In this document: one piece after another, positions 29,052 to 38,691 of the stretch
Layout of the letters: every line of letters starts with the position of its first letter
How positions within the stretch are numbered: the stretch's first letter is position 1
Assembly (NCBI GenBank): GCA_963669175.1
Contig: OY769902.1
Location: 3,392,001-3,456,000 of the forward strand
Origin: a bacterium
GTDB taxonomy: Bacteria > Electryoneota > Electryoneia > Electryoneales > Electryoneaceae
Direction of reading: 5' to 3'
DNA: 64,000 nucleotides
Position numbers and translations under genes: made by a program
The notes under the pieces: model-generated
The model's input: the letters and a program-made list of their open reading frames with translations, nothing else
The model's database searches: none
Told to the model about the DNA's origin: nothing

Positions 29052-30838
29052 CGGCATCTACTGACAATCTTCCCCTCATCCGCTTTGTTAAAACCATTTG
29101 GAGGTATACCAGGGGAACGATTGTTCTTACGCTGTGCCTGTCTGCTTTCACCAGTATTCTGGCCCTGCTTCAGCTTGTGATGCTGAAGTTCATTGTCGAT
29201 GGTATTTACACTTCGGTCGAAACCACCTCAGGTACTACAGCTATCAAACGCGTTTTACTCCCAATGGTGATCATTGGTGGTATTCAGCTCATACGTGTTT
29301 TCGTCAGGACTCTGAGCCGTTATGCCGGACAGAAGCAACTCCTTGTAATCCAGGATAAACTGCAGCATGACATGAATACCCATTCCGCGAATCTTAGCCT
29401 GGAGTATTACGAACAAGCCGGCAGCAAGGATATTATCCATCGCGCACAACGTGAAGCAGGCTACCGTCCAGCCACGATTATCCGCAACCTGAACGGCCTG
29501 ATTCAGTCTTTCTTTAACCTGTTGCTGGCTGGCGGGCTGCTGGTTTACCTGAACTGGCCAATCGCCCTGCTGTTGATGGTTTCCATGATCCCTCATTTTT
29601 TTGTTCGTTTACGAAATTCGGATGCGGTCTATGCACTGGAACGATCTCAGACTACCAATGAACGGCTGTCACGTTATTATGCCTGGATGGTCACCACGGA
29701 ATCCTATGCCAAGGACATCCGTTTATATCACCTGGGAAAGCTCTTTTCAGATCGCTACAGCGCTATCAGGGAATTGTTACGCAATGCTCGGCTTCGATTG
29801 GAACAAACCAACCTTGCGAAGGAATCCCTGGCGCAGCTATTCAGTGTGGTCGTGCTGCTTGGCAGTTTTGCCTGGCTACTGCTGCAAACCTCGAGCAACA
29901 CCCTCACCATAGGCAGTCTTGCCCTGTTTACTGGCGCAGCGCTACGTGGCTATGACGCGATCAAAGGCGGCACATTAAATACAGCGTCCATTATCGAGAA
30001 CAACCGTTTCCTGACCAACCTGTTTGAGTTCTTTGACCTTGAACCGGGGATAAAGGGTAACACCAACACAAAAGACGTAAAATCATCAGGGTTGGAATTG
30101 CACGACCTTTCGTTTACCTACCCAGGACAAACGAAACCAGCGCTTGAACATCTTAACCTGCGTATTGAACCCGGCGAGACTGTGGCGCTCGTTGGCCCCA
30201 ACGGCAGCGGGAAAACTACGCTGATCAAGCTGATTTGCCGACTCTACGATCCCACAGACGGTACGATCACCATGGGGGATGTGGATATAAAAACTCTGAT
30301 CCCGGAAGAGTACAGAAAATCGCTCGGCGTCGTTTTCCAGGACTATTCCCAGTTTCATCTTTCGGCTTCGGAGAATATCTCCCTGGGGAAAGCGTTTGAA
30401 CAGGTGCCATTGGAGGTTATCAGGGAGGCGGCTGTCAGGGCAGGCGTGGACGAACTGATTGAATCACTTCCTGACGGCTACGACACTATCCTGGGCAACT
30501 GGTTCGAAGGGAGCCGTCCATTAAGTATCGGTGAATGGCAGAAAGTCGCCCTGGCTCGAGCGTTGTTGCGTGAATCGCCCTTGTTGATCATGGATGAACC
30601 GACCAGCGCGATCGACATTCACGCCGAGAACGAATTCTATACCCAATTCGCGAGAATTGTCCGGGGACGTACCGTACTGATCGCCAGCCACCGATTGAAA
30701 ACAGTCACCATGGCAGACCGTATCATCCTGATGGAACGGGGACGTATTATCGCCGATGGTGACCATAGCGTACTTGAGAAATACGGTTACTCGACAAATC
30801 AGTCAAATGTCCAATCATCATTTTCACAGGAGCTATAA
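29048..30838 (+). CDS. ABC exporter, fused permease and ATPase
   Basis: TM domain, GPNGSGKT, LSIGEWQKVALARA, MDEPT. Confidence 0.95.
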   Translation: MTASTDNLPLIRFVKTIWRYTRGTIVLTLCLSAFTSILALLQLVMLKFIVDGIYTSVETTSGTTAIKRVLLPMVIIGGIQLIRVFVRTLSRYAGQKQLLVIQDKLQHDMNTHSANLSLEYYEQAGSKDIIHRAQREAGYRPATIIRNLNGLIQSFFNLLLAGGLLVYLNWPIALLLMVSMIPHFFVRLRNSDAVYALERSQTTNERLSRYYAWMVTTESYAKDIRLYHLGKLFSDRYSAIRELLRNARLRLEQTNLAKESLAQLFSVVVLLGSFAWLLLQTSSNTLTIGSLALFTGAALRGYDAIKGGTLNTASIIENNRFLTNLFEFFDLEPGIKGNTNTKDVKSSGLELHDLSFTYPGQTKPALEHLNLRIEPGETVALVGPNGSGKTTLIKLICRLYDPTDGTITMGDVDIKTLIPEEYRKSLGVVFQDYSQFHLSASENISLGKAFEQVPLEVIREAAVRAGVDELIESLPDGYDTILGNWFEGSRPLSIGEWQKVALARALLRESPLLIMDEPTSAIDIHAENEFYTQFARIVRGRTVLIASHRLKTVTMADRIILMERGRIIADGDHSVLEKYGYSTNQSNVQSSFSQEL

Positions 30839-30842
30839 ACAG

Positions 30843-32348
30843 ATGCGACCGGCTTATCAAAACAGACGCCCTCATCTTCTTTCCCTGCTGACCAAAGAAC
30901 AACGCCTGATGTTCAGGTTGTTGTGGATGAAACCGCTGGCAGGAAGGAGGGGAAGGGAAGCGGAGATAGTAGATGAACGAATTATCCAGCTCGCAAAAAG
31001 TTATGAGCAGTTGACTAATGAACAGTGGAACTCTTTCCAGCGATTTTCACTGCACCAGGGATTGAGCAGTGAGGTCTGGCGGCTTCTGAATCACTACAAC
31101 CTTGCTGCACATGTCCCGGATGAAATCCGCAACCGTTTTGCAGAGACTCACAGGAATGATGTTGCACGTTCCATGGCGTTGAAAAGCCAGCTTGTGAAAG
31201 CGCTACGCCAGGTGTGCAACTCAGGGATCCGTATTGTTGCCCTGAAAGGCTCCACACTGGCGCATACCCTGTACGCAAACCCGGCCTGCCGTACCATGCG
31301 TGATATCGATCTGCTGGTCAGGAAAGAAGATGTCGAAGCCACCGTTGCTTCGCTGGAAGAGATCGGGTATCACACAGTCCCCATGCCGGCACACCTGGAC
31401 GCTCGTATCGAGGGACATGTCCTGCTGATCGCGCCAGGGACCGGGGCTAAAATCGAACTGCACTTTTTCCCCGGCCGCAACTTCTTCCCGGCACTGGAAC
31501 AAGACAACAACGGCGCTTTCTGGGACCGGATCCGCCCCATGTCATCCCCAGCGCAGGCGGGGATCTCGGGGTTCTCTGCGGTGGACAATCCCATTGAGCG
31601 ACCACTCGATCCAGCGGACAGCGAACATCAGCCAATACGTCCTGTCATATCATCCTCAACTACTTCCATATCATCCTCTCGCCCTATGTCATCCCAACCC
31701 CTTGTGTCATCCCCTCGCCCCATGTCATCCCCAGCGCAGGCGGGGATCTCGAGGTTCTCTGCGGTGGACAATCCCAGTGAGCAACCACTCGATCCAGCGG
31801 ACAGCGAACATCAGCCAAGACATCCTGTCATATCATCCTCTCACCCCCAATCATCCTCAGCCCATATGTCATCTCCAGCGAAAGCGGGGATCTCGGGGTT
31901 CTCTTCGGTGGACAATTCCAATGAGCAACCGCCCTGCGAACTGAGCCCGGAAGACGCCCTGCTGTATCTGTGTACCCATGTTTCCGGCCACGGTTACCAG
32001 GTCTATTGTATCCGTGGCCTGTACGACATCGCCCTGTTACTGAACCGTCACGCAGACACTCTGGACTGGACGCGCATCGTCCACTTCGCCCAAAAGCACC
32101 ACCTCGAGCATCCTGTCGCACTACCGTTGCTGTTGGCGAAAATTCTGTACCGAGCGCCACTCGATGACATCATACCGTCCCGCCTGACCGTCCGATCCAT
32201 GCGTCAACGCGCGCTAGGCATCGCCCTGAAACTGACCCTGGCATCTGATCACGACTACAAACGGATTCCACCACCGGGGAGGGAAATGCTATGGAATCAT
32301 TCATATACTAATTTGTCGTCTCTGAAGAAATATGTAACGAGTTGGTAA
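30843..32348 (+). CDS. NTP_transf_5-type nucleotidyltransferase with in-frame repeat insert and IS-disrupted C-terminus
   Basis: LKGSTLA..LY...R.MRDIDLLV, KIELH, LLYLCTH...H, LYDIALL motifs; the native end lies at 33835-33883. Confidence 0.85.
   Translation: MRPAYQNRRPHLLSLLTKEQRLMFRLLWMKPLAGRRGREAEIVDERIIQLAKSYEQLTNEQWNSFQRFSLHQGLSSEVWRLLNHYNLAAHVPDEIRNRFAETHRNDVARSMALKSQLVKALRQVCNSGIRIVALKGSTLAHTLYANPACRTMRDIDLLVRKEDVEATVASLEEIGYHTVPMPAHLDARIEGHVLLIAPGTGAKIELHFFPGRNFFPALEQDNNGAFWDRIRPMSSPAQAGISGFSAVDNPIERPLDPADSEHQPIRPVISSSTTSISSSRPMSSQPLVSSPRPMSSPAQAGISRFSAVDNPSEQPLDPADSEHQPRHPVISSSHPQSSSAHMSSPAKAGISGFSSVDNSNEQPPCELSPEDALLYLCTHVSGHGYQVYCIRGLYDIALLLNRHADTLDWTRIVHFAQKHHLEHPVALPLLLAKILYRAPLDDIIPSRLTVRSMRQRALGIALKLTLASDHDYKRIPPPGREMLWNHSYTNLSSLKKYVTSW
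31533..31935 (+). repeat. Intragenic tandem repeat containing three REP-like palindromes
   Basis: TGTCATC(C/T)CCAGCG-CAG/AAA-GCGGGGATCTC at 31540, 31723 and 31867; encodes repeated PMSSPAQAGISGFSAVDNP-like peptide. Confidence 0.9.
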
Positions 32349-33828
32349 TAAAGGTATTTACAAGGAGAATGTGAGGTATTATATTGCAGGAAAAGTACGC
32401 GAAACCGTTCATTTTCCGGTGAATTATGCATCCGAAAAAGCAGCTTTCCGATGTGGACATATTCCGGAGTCGTCTCGATCAGATGATTGATATGCGACGT
32501 CCGTTGGTATTGCTTGCCGACCGCATGGATTGGTCGGCGTTCGAGTCAGAATTTGGCGCCTTGTACTTTGAAAAACGAGGTCGTCCGGGGCTTCCGATCC
32601 GTCTGCTGGTGGGCTTGAGCTACTTGTCCCGCATGTACAATCTCAGCGATGAGGCGGTGGTGGAAGCGTGGGTGGACAACCCGTACTGGCAGTATTTCTG
32701 CGGGTTTGACCATTTTCAGCACGAGTTTCCACTTCACCCGAGCAGCCTGGTTCGCTGGCGGAAACGGATTGGCGAAAAAGGCATGGAATTTCTTCTTCAA
32801 CAGACGCTTCATTCTGCCCGTACGATGAAAGCCTTGACCATGGGTGATCTTTCCCGTGTGAATGTTGACACGACCGTACAGGAGAAGGCGATCCGTTTTC
32901 CGACAGATGCCCGTCTCTATCACCGCATGCGTGAATGCCTTGTCAGGCTTGCGAAACGTGACGGTATTCATCTTCGTCAAAGTTACGCACAGGTTGGTAA
33001 AAAGACCCTGTTGATGCAACATCGCTACGGTCATGCCCGCCAGATGAAACGCGCCGCGAAAGAGACGAAACGCCTGAAGACCCAGTTGGGTTGTGTGTAT
33101 CGGGACATTGGACGAAAGCTTCCGGACACCGCTTCCCAGGCCCTTCGTCGCTTGCTTGTCCTGGCGGAGCGTCTTCTTCAGCAGGCACGTACGGACAAGA
33201 ACAAGCTGTACAGTGTGCATGAACCGGACGTGGAGTGCATCGCCAAGGGTAAAGTGCATAAGAAGTACGAGTTTGGTTGCAAAGCCGGTATTGTCACGAC
33301 CAGTGCAGGCAACTGGGTGGTTGGCGCGTTGGCTTTTCACGGCAATCCCTATGACGGGCATACGCTGGCGCAGTCCCTGGAGCAGATGCAGCGTCTGACC
33401 GGAGTCGTGCCGTCCGCAACATACTGCGACAAAGGCTATCGTGGTCACAACTACACGGGTGAAAGCATGGTTCACGTTGTCAATTGGAAACGCAAAAAGC
33501 TGAGTCGTTCGGAAAAACGCTGGTTCAAACGACGAGCGGCCATCGAACCTGTGATCGGTCACCTGAAGGATGATCACAGGCTAAACAGAAACCGGTTGAA
33601 GGGGAAAGACGGCGATCAGATTAACGTGATGCTGGCCGCGTGCGGCCTGAACCTGCGAAAACTGCTGCGGGTTCTTTTGTCTCTGTTTAAAAAGGGTAGA
33701 AAAGGGGCGGTGCCAGCGCAATCTCAACTGCAATTACTCCTTGAAGCGTTCATTATGCGCTATGCCAATCCATTCCCGACTGAAAAAGGGATACCCGCTG
33801 TTTAAATATTGAATTTATCAGAATCGAC
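32315..33828 (+). mobile_element. IS5-family insertion sequence
   Basis: Imperfect IRs GTCGTCTCTGAAGAAA and ATTTATCAGAATCGAC; TAATTT duplicated at 32309-32314 and 33829-33834. Confidence 0.9.
32426..33805 (+). CDS. IS5-family DDE transposase
   Basis: DUF772-like N-terminus (NPYWQYFCG), VDTTVQEK, NPYDG, DKGYRG, RAAIEPVIGHLK. Confidence 0.95.
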   Translation: MHPKKQLSDVDIFRSRLDQMIDMRRPLVLLADRMDWSAFESEFGALYFEKRGRPGLPIRLLVGLSYLSRMYNLSDEAVVEAWVDNPYWQYFCGFDHFQHEFPLHPSSLVRWRKRIGEKGMEFLLQQTLHSARTMKALTMGDLSRVNVDTTVQEKAIRFPTDARLYHRMRECLVRLAKRDGIHLRQSYAQVGKKTLLMQHRYGHARQMKRAAKETKRLKTQLGCVYRDIGRKLPDTASQALRRLLVLAERLLQQARTDKNKLYSVHEPDVECIAKGKVHKKYEFGCKAGIVTTSAGNWVVGALAFHGNPYDGHTLAQSLEQMQRLTGVVPSATYCDKGYRGHNYTGESMVHVVNWKRKKLSRSEKRWFKRRAAIEPVIGHLKDDHRLNRNRLKGKDGDQINVMLAACGLNLRKLLRVLLSLFKKGRKGAVPAQSQLQLLLEAFIMRYANPFPTEKGIPAV

Positions 33829-34343
33829 TAATTTGGCAAAGATGCTAAGAAGAGAACTCATTCAAAAACGCCTCACAGATTGACGCCATACCAGCTCGAC
33901 AACCTCTTGCAGCCTACAAATACTGTATAATAATCGTATGCTTATGCGTAATGACTCTTTCTGTGTCCCTTTCGGTACTTTGTGTTATTTATTCATCCGG
34001 CAAGATGATTCTAAGCAACATTGCTTTTAGCATTTTAGATAAAATACCAAATAGGTCTTGTATTTAGCGAATAGTATATTATCTTTATTCTATACTTTGA
34101 CATATGATAATAGCCCAACATTTTGAATGACGACATAATATTTTTAGGGCAATATGGCTATTCTGGTATTATTTGCAAAATATTAGCAGGACTGATAATT
34201 CTGGTAACTTGAGAATATCATAAATCAGCATGAAATGTGGAATGATAATGATTTTCTAATAATCATATTCTTGGCAATTCATGTAACAATAGGATGTGAT
34301 GCTATGCACTGGGTACGGTCTAAAGCGTTAAGGAGGAGGAATC

Positions 34344-37300
34344 ATGAAACGACACATTGCTTTGATGTCATTGCTATGTATGGCGTTTTACGCCAAGGCC
34401 CAGTTAACTCTAGAATGGAGCCAAGTATACGGAGGCGACGGCAATGATTATGGACAATCTGTTGTTCTGGCCAATGATGGACATGTTGTTATAGGGGGAT
34501 TTGGATCCTCTTATGGTGATGGTCAGTGGGATGGCGCAATATATAAACTTGATAATTCTACTGGAAATGAACTTTGGTCAACGAGTAATTGGGAAAATGG
34601 TTGGGATCGTTGTTTGAATATTGTATGTAAAAATGATGGCGGATTCGCTGTTGGAGGAGATAGAAATGCTGTAGGGGATTTCTACCTTGCCTTTTTCACT
34701 GCAGAAGGTTCCTTTGCAAATTCATATACTTATAATAACGGAGGTTATGATCATTGTTACTCTATAATTGAGATTGACGAAAGTAGATTTTCTCTCGCTG
34801 GAAAATGCGATGTTACATACTGGGATTTCTGCTTGATGGAAGCAGGGAGCGATGGACAATTCCACTGGATGCAACATTACAATAGCCGTTCAGAATCTGT
34901 TCACAAGCATATTCAGTTGGGTGATGGTGGTTTTCTCATTTTTGGGCATACTGAACCAGTTGTAGATTCCTGGGATATGTGGCTTGTCAGGACAGATTCT
35001 CTTGGCAATTTTCTCTGGGCTGAAGCTTATGGGGGAGAAGGTAATGAATATGGGCGAGACGTAATATCCACAAATGACGGAGATTACATACTTGTTGGAC
35101 GAACGAATTCTGTGGGAAACGGTAATTATGATGCCTATATATTGAAAGTTGACCAAAATGGAAACGTGATATGGGAAGAGACTTTTGGTGGCACTGAAAA
35201 TGAAGAATATATAGCAGTAACGTGTATGGGTGAATATATTATAGCTGTAGGGTATACGGAATCCTTCGGTGCAGGAGGAAAAGATGGTGTTATATCTATA
35301 TATTCTTATTCTGGAAATTTATTGGAATCATTATACGCTGGTGGACAGTACGATGATCAATATAATTCTATTATAACAGATATAGACAATATATATATTG
35401 GAGGAGAAAGAGAGAACGATCAAGATAACAATATGGATATATGGTTAGAAAAGTATTCAGTAGTATACGATCATTATGAGTCTGTAACATGGAATAATAG
35501 CATTATTGATAATGATATTTTTGGAATTAGAGATATTCAAGCTGCTGATGTTGATGGTGATGGAGATCCTGATTTGATCGTAGCTGCAGCAGTAGATGAT
35601 AGTATATATTGGTATGAAAATGATAGTGATGTATTTTTAAAATATTCTATAAGTTATAGTATCAATAATGTACTATCAGTATGTGTGGCAGATGTCAATT
35701 ATGATAATGATTATGATATTGTTTCAGCATCATATGAGGATAATAATATATTATATTTTGAAAATATCAATTCATTAGGTAGCTATAATATATCTTATGA
35801 AGTTAATAACTTTGATTCAGAATATTCATTTGATGCAATAGTATTTGATGTAGATTCTGATAGCGACATGGATATTGTTGCAGCAGGATACAATACTATT
35901 AAATGGATAGAAAATACGGGGAATAACACTTATACAATTAGTCATGATATTATTAATGGTTTTGAAGGTGGCCAGAATATTTATATGAACGATCAGGATT
36001 CGGATGGTGACATGGATATTTTGCGTGTGGGTGAACGCTGGGATGAATTAAGTTGGTTTGAGAATGATGGTAGTGGACAATTCTTGATTCATAATTTACA
36101 ATCTCTTACTGGAGCAACAAATGTCAAAGGCACAGATTTAGATGGGGATGGCGATCAAGATATTGTTGCCTGTGGGGGGCGAGGTCATTGTATTAATTGG
36201 TATGAAAATGATGGAAATCAAAATTTCCAGACGCATACCGTAATTGACGGCTTTTTAAATGCATATAATTCAATAATTGTGGACATAGATAATGATGGAG
36301 ATTTAGACATTGCAGGAGTAAGTGAAAATGGTAATAAAGTATCCTGGTTCGAAAACGATGGGAACCAGAACTTTCAGGAAAGGGATGTAGCATCTTTGGA
36401 TAGACCGTTTGCACTTTGCCCTATTGACTATGATCAGGATGGTGATATGGACCTGGTATCGGCCGAATACTACCAAGGAACATTGCAATTATATGAAAAT
36501 ACAATGAATCCAGATGTAAATACGATTCACTGTACCATCCCTCAAAACCAGTGGACACTCATCGGCATCCCGGTTGAAGTAACCGATGGCTCTTGGTCAA
36601 CGCTGTTCGGGGATGATGTTTCCGGAAGCGCCGGTGTGACCTGGCGGCTGAGCCAGTGGGATGCGGCAAACAACACGTACATCCGTTATGGGGAAGCGGA
36701 TCATCCCACCGACCTGGGGCAGAACCCGCCAGCCTTTGCGCCGGGATTGGGCTACTGGTTTTACCAGACAGAAGCGGCCATGTTAACCCTGGACATCACA
36801 CCGGCCCAGATCAATCGTGCAGTCAGTGAAGGCGCACCCTGCCAGCTAAGCATGAACCAGGGCGCCAATGCTGCGACACAGGTGGCCAATCCGTTCAACT
36901 ATACCTCCGACTGGCGACGCATGCGCATCTATGACGACGCCAATGATCAGCGCTGGTCCATTTTCGCCGCCGCTCAGAACGGCAGCATGAACTCCTACGC
37001 GTATATCTACAACGGCTCGAGCGGGGAATGGGAGAACGTGCAGTGTTACGGCACGAACAACGTCACCCTTGATGCCTGGGAAGGTTTCTTCGTCAAGCAG
37101 ACCGATGGGGATAATAGCTTCCAACTTGAGATGATGCCGGCCAACCTGCTGAGCGGCGAGCCAGAAGGCGCAGATTTTGAGCTGGATGAACCGGGCGGGT
37201 TTATGCTGCCGTTGGAGCTGCGGATGATCAATGGCCCCCGTCGTGACACGCAGAACCGTATCGGCGTCCACAGCAGCGCCAACGACGGCTATGATTGGCT

Positions 37301-37940
37301 CGACGCCTTTGAGTTCACCCCACGCACCCCAGAATTTGCTCAACTCTATTTCGACCACAGCACTCGTGATGAGATGCCGGATGTGTATTCCTATGACTAC
37401 CGTAGCGCAGATTTCAGCGGCGGCTCCAAGACGTGGTACTTCACCGTGCGTACGTGGCAGTTGCCGGGCGAAGAACTGGAGCTGACCTGGCCGGGGATCG
37501 AGATGGTTGATGACGCCTACGAACTGCTGCTCTACACCCCGGACAACACCGAGATCGACCTACGGACAACCGATAGCTTCACCTTCACCAGTAACAACGA
37601 AGCGGACAGCCGTCAGAACTTCATGATCGTCTGCCGTTGTTCGGGTAACGAAATAGCCGAAAGCAGTACACTACCGGTGAAGTTCGGTATCCATGATCTC
37701 TACCCGAACCCGTTCAATGACCAGGTTCGCATCAGCTACGGCCTCCCGGAAGCGGGGGATGTGCGGTTGACCGTGTTCAATATTCTTGGGCAACAGGTGG
37801 CACGGATCGCAGAGGGCAACCGCACCGCTGGCTTGCACCACACCCAGTGGCATGCGAAGAACATGGCCAGTGGGGTGTATATCGTAAAACTGGAAGCGGC
37901 AGGGCAGAGCGTGGTAAGGAAAGTGCAACTGGTTCGATGA
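34344..37940 (+). CDS. Secreted beta-propeller plus FG-GAP/VCBS-repeat protein with shared C-terminal module and T9SS-type CTD
   Basis: W...YGG...D repeats, D.DGDGD.D...WYENDG repeats, YPNPFN CTD; AGGAGG RBS. Confidence 0.9.
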   Translation: MKRHIALMSLLCMAFYAKAQLTLEWSQVYGGDGNDYGQSVVLANDGHVVIGGFGSSYGDGQWDGAIYKLDNSTGNELWSTSNWENGWDRCLNIVCKNDGGFAVGGDRNAVGDFYLAFFTAEGSFANSYTYNNGGYDHCYSIIEIDESRFSLAGKCDVTYWDFCLMEAGSDGQFHWMQHYNSRSESVHKHIQLGDGGFLIFGHTEPVVDSWDMWLVRTDSLGNFLWAEAYGGEGNEYGRDVISTNDGDYILVGRTNSVGNGNYDAYILKVDQNGNVIWEETFGGTENEEYIAVTCMGEYIIAVGYTESFGAGGKDGVISIYSYSGNLLESLYAGGQYDDQYNSIITDIDNIYIGGERENDQDNNMDIWLEKYSVVYDHYESVTWNNSIIDNDIFGIRDIQAADVDGDGDPDLIVAAAVDDSIYWYENDSDVFLKYSISYSINNVLSVCVADVNYDNDYDIVSASYEDNNILYFENINSLGSYNISYEVNNFDSEYSFDAIVFDVDSDSDMDIVAAGYNTIKWIENTGNNTYTISHDIINGFEGGQNIYMNDQDSDGDMDILRVGERWDELSWFENDGSGQFLIHNLQSLTGATNVKGTDLDGDGDQDIVACGGRGHCINWYENDGNQNFQTHTVIDGFLNAYNSIIVDIDNDGDLDIAGVSENGNKVSWFENDGNQNFQERDVASLDRPFALCPIDYDQDGDMDLVSAEYYQGTLQLYENTMNPDVNTIHCTIPQNQWTLIGIPVEVTDGSWSTLFGDDVSGSAGVTWRLSQWDAANNTYIRYGEADHPTDLGQNPPAFAPGLGYWFYQTEAAMLTLDITPAQINRAVSEGAPCQLSMNQGANAATQVANPFNYTSDWRRMRIYDDANDQRWSIFAAAQNGSMNSYAYIYNGSSGEWENVQCYGTNNVTLDAWEGFFVKQTDGDNSFQLEMMPANLLSGEPEGADFELDEPGGFMLPLELRMINGPRRDTQNRIGVHSSANDGYDWLDAFEFTPRTPEFAQLYFDHSTRDEMPDVYSYDYRSADFSGGSKTWYFTVRTWQLPGEELELTWPGIEMVDDAYELLLYTPDNTEIDLRTTDSFTFTSNNEADSRQNFMIVCRCSGNEIAESSTLPVKFGIHDLYPNPFNDQVRISYGLPEAGDVRLTVFNILGQQVARIAEGNRTAGLHHTQWHAKNMASGVYIVKLEAAGQSVVRKVQLVR

Positions 37941-37991
37941 TTCGGTGATACAGTTCAGATTGTTCAAAGGTTGGCTTAAGAAAACCGTGGT

Positions 37992-38030
37992 TAAAAAAAC
38001 AGGGACTTGAGATTGCTCTCAAGTCCCTTT
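37992..38030. terminator. Intrinsic terminator between the secreted-protein gene and tRNA-fMet, likely bidirectional
   Basis: AGGGACTTGAGA/TCTCAAGTCCCT stem with A-run on the left and T-run on the right. Confidence 0.85.
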
Positions 38031-38032
38031 CT

Positions 38033-38109
<77 letters not shown>

Positions 38110-38691
38110 ATCAGGCCTTGAGTATAGTAAAATGCAGCGAGATTGTCAAGGGATGATTAGGCCACGCTCCAGGGAATGCCCCACTCTTTTTTCTAATCCC
38201 CCCGAACCAAGTGTACTGATCTGCTCATCACCATTCAGGTAAACTTATGCGTCGGGGCGTGCAATTCCTGAAGCCAACAACACCTCGATCCATCTGAATT
38301 GGCCCATTGGTGTGATCTTTTGCATGCCACCAGCTTTTTCTTCTGCATACCTTGTTAATGGGAGCAGGGGGAACATCCAGTTCTTTGATTCCTTGCCTCT
38401 CAGAAACCACAGGTGTGAATCCTGCCAACGAATTCTGCCTGTCAAGTTTAATACCAACAATATTCATGTTGTGTATTATCATAGATATAACGATGTTTAC
38501 CAGAATTGGCAAAGGCTTTGCAAATAGAAATGTCAAAGTAGTTCAGAGGCCTGGAAACAGGCATTCACAAGCGAGAGATGGATTTGCACTGGGAAGCAGG
38601 TAGAATTGCGTTGCCTCCGGTGTTCAGCCTATCTTGAAAGATTAAAGCAAACATTACAGCGAAACGAAAGCTGTTTAGCAGGAGGGGAAGG

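Noticed and set aside
31533-31935. CRISPR array
   Set aside because: The spacers are homologous to each other, over 100 bp and in frame, and there are no cas genes
32546-33577. Long antisense ORFs here and at 14033-14620, 14750-15505, 25486-26130, 58860-59633 and 88-519
   Set aside because: Shadows of well-supported genes or a tRNA on the opposite strand, with no recognisable motifs
22126-33883. Complete lasso peptide cluster
   Set aside because: No asparagine-synthetase-like cyclase or transglutaminase-like B2 peptidase in the window; Thr is at -1 rather than -2 for a Gly1 core; the core is unusually long
21440-37940. Diversity-generating retroelement (template/variable repeats)
   Set aside because: No reverse transcriptase; differences are mostly synonymous and not adenine-specific; all copies are coding
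38160-38460. Possible 6S RNA or riboswitch upstream of tRNA-fMet
   Set aside because: I could not identify ordered consensus motifs or a convincing fold by eye; an Rfam scan is needed
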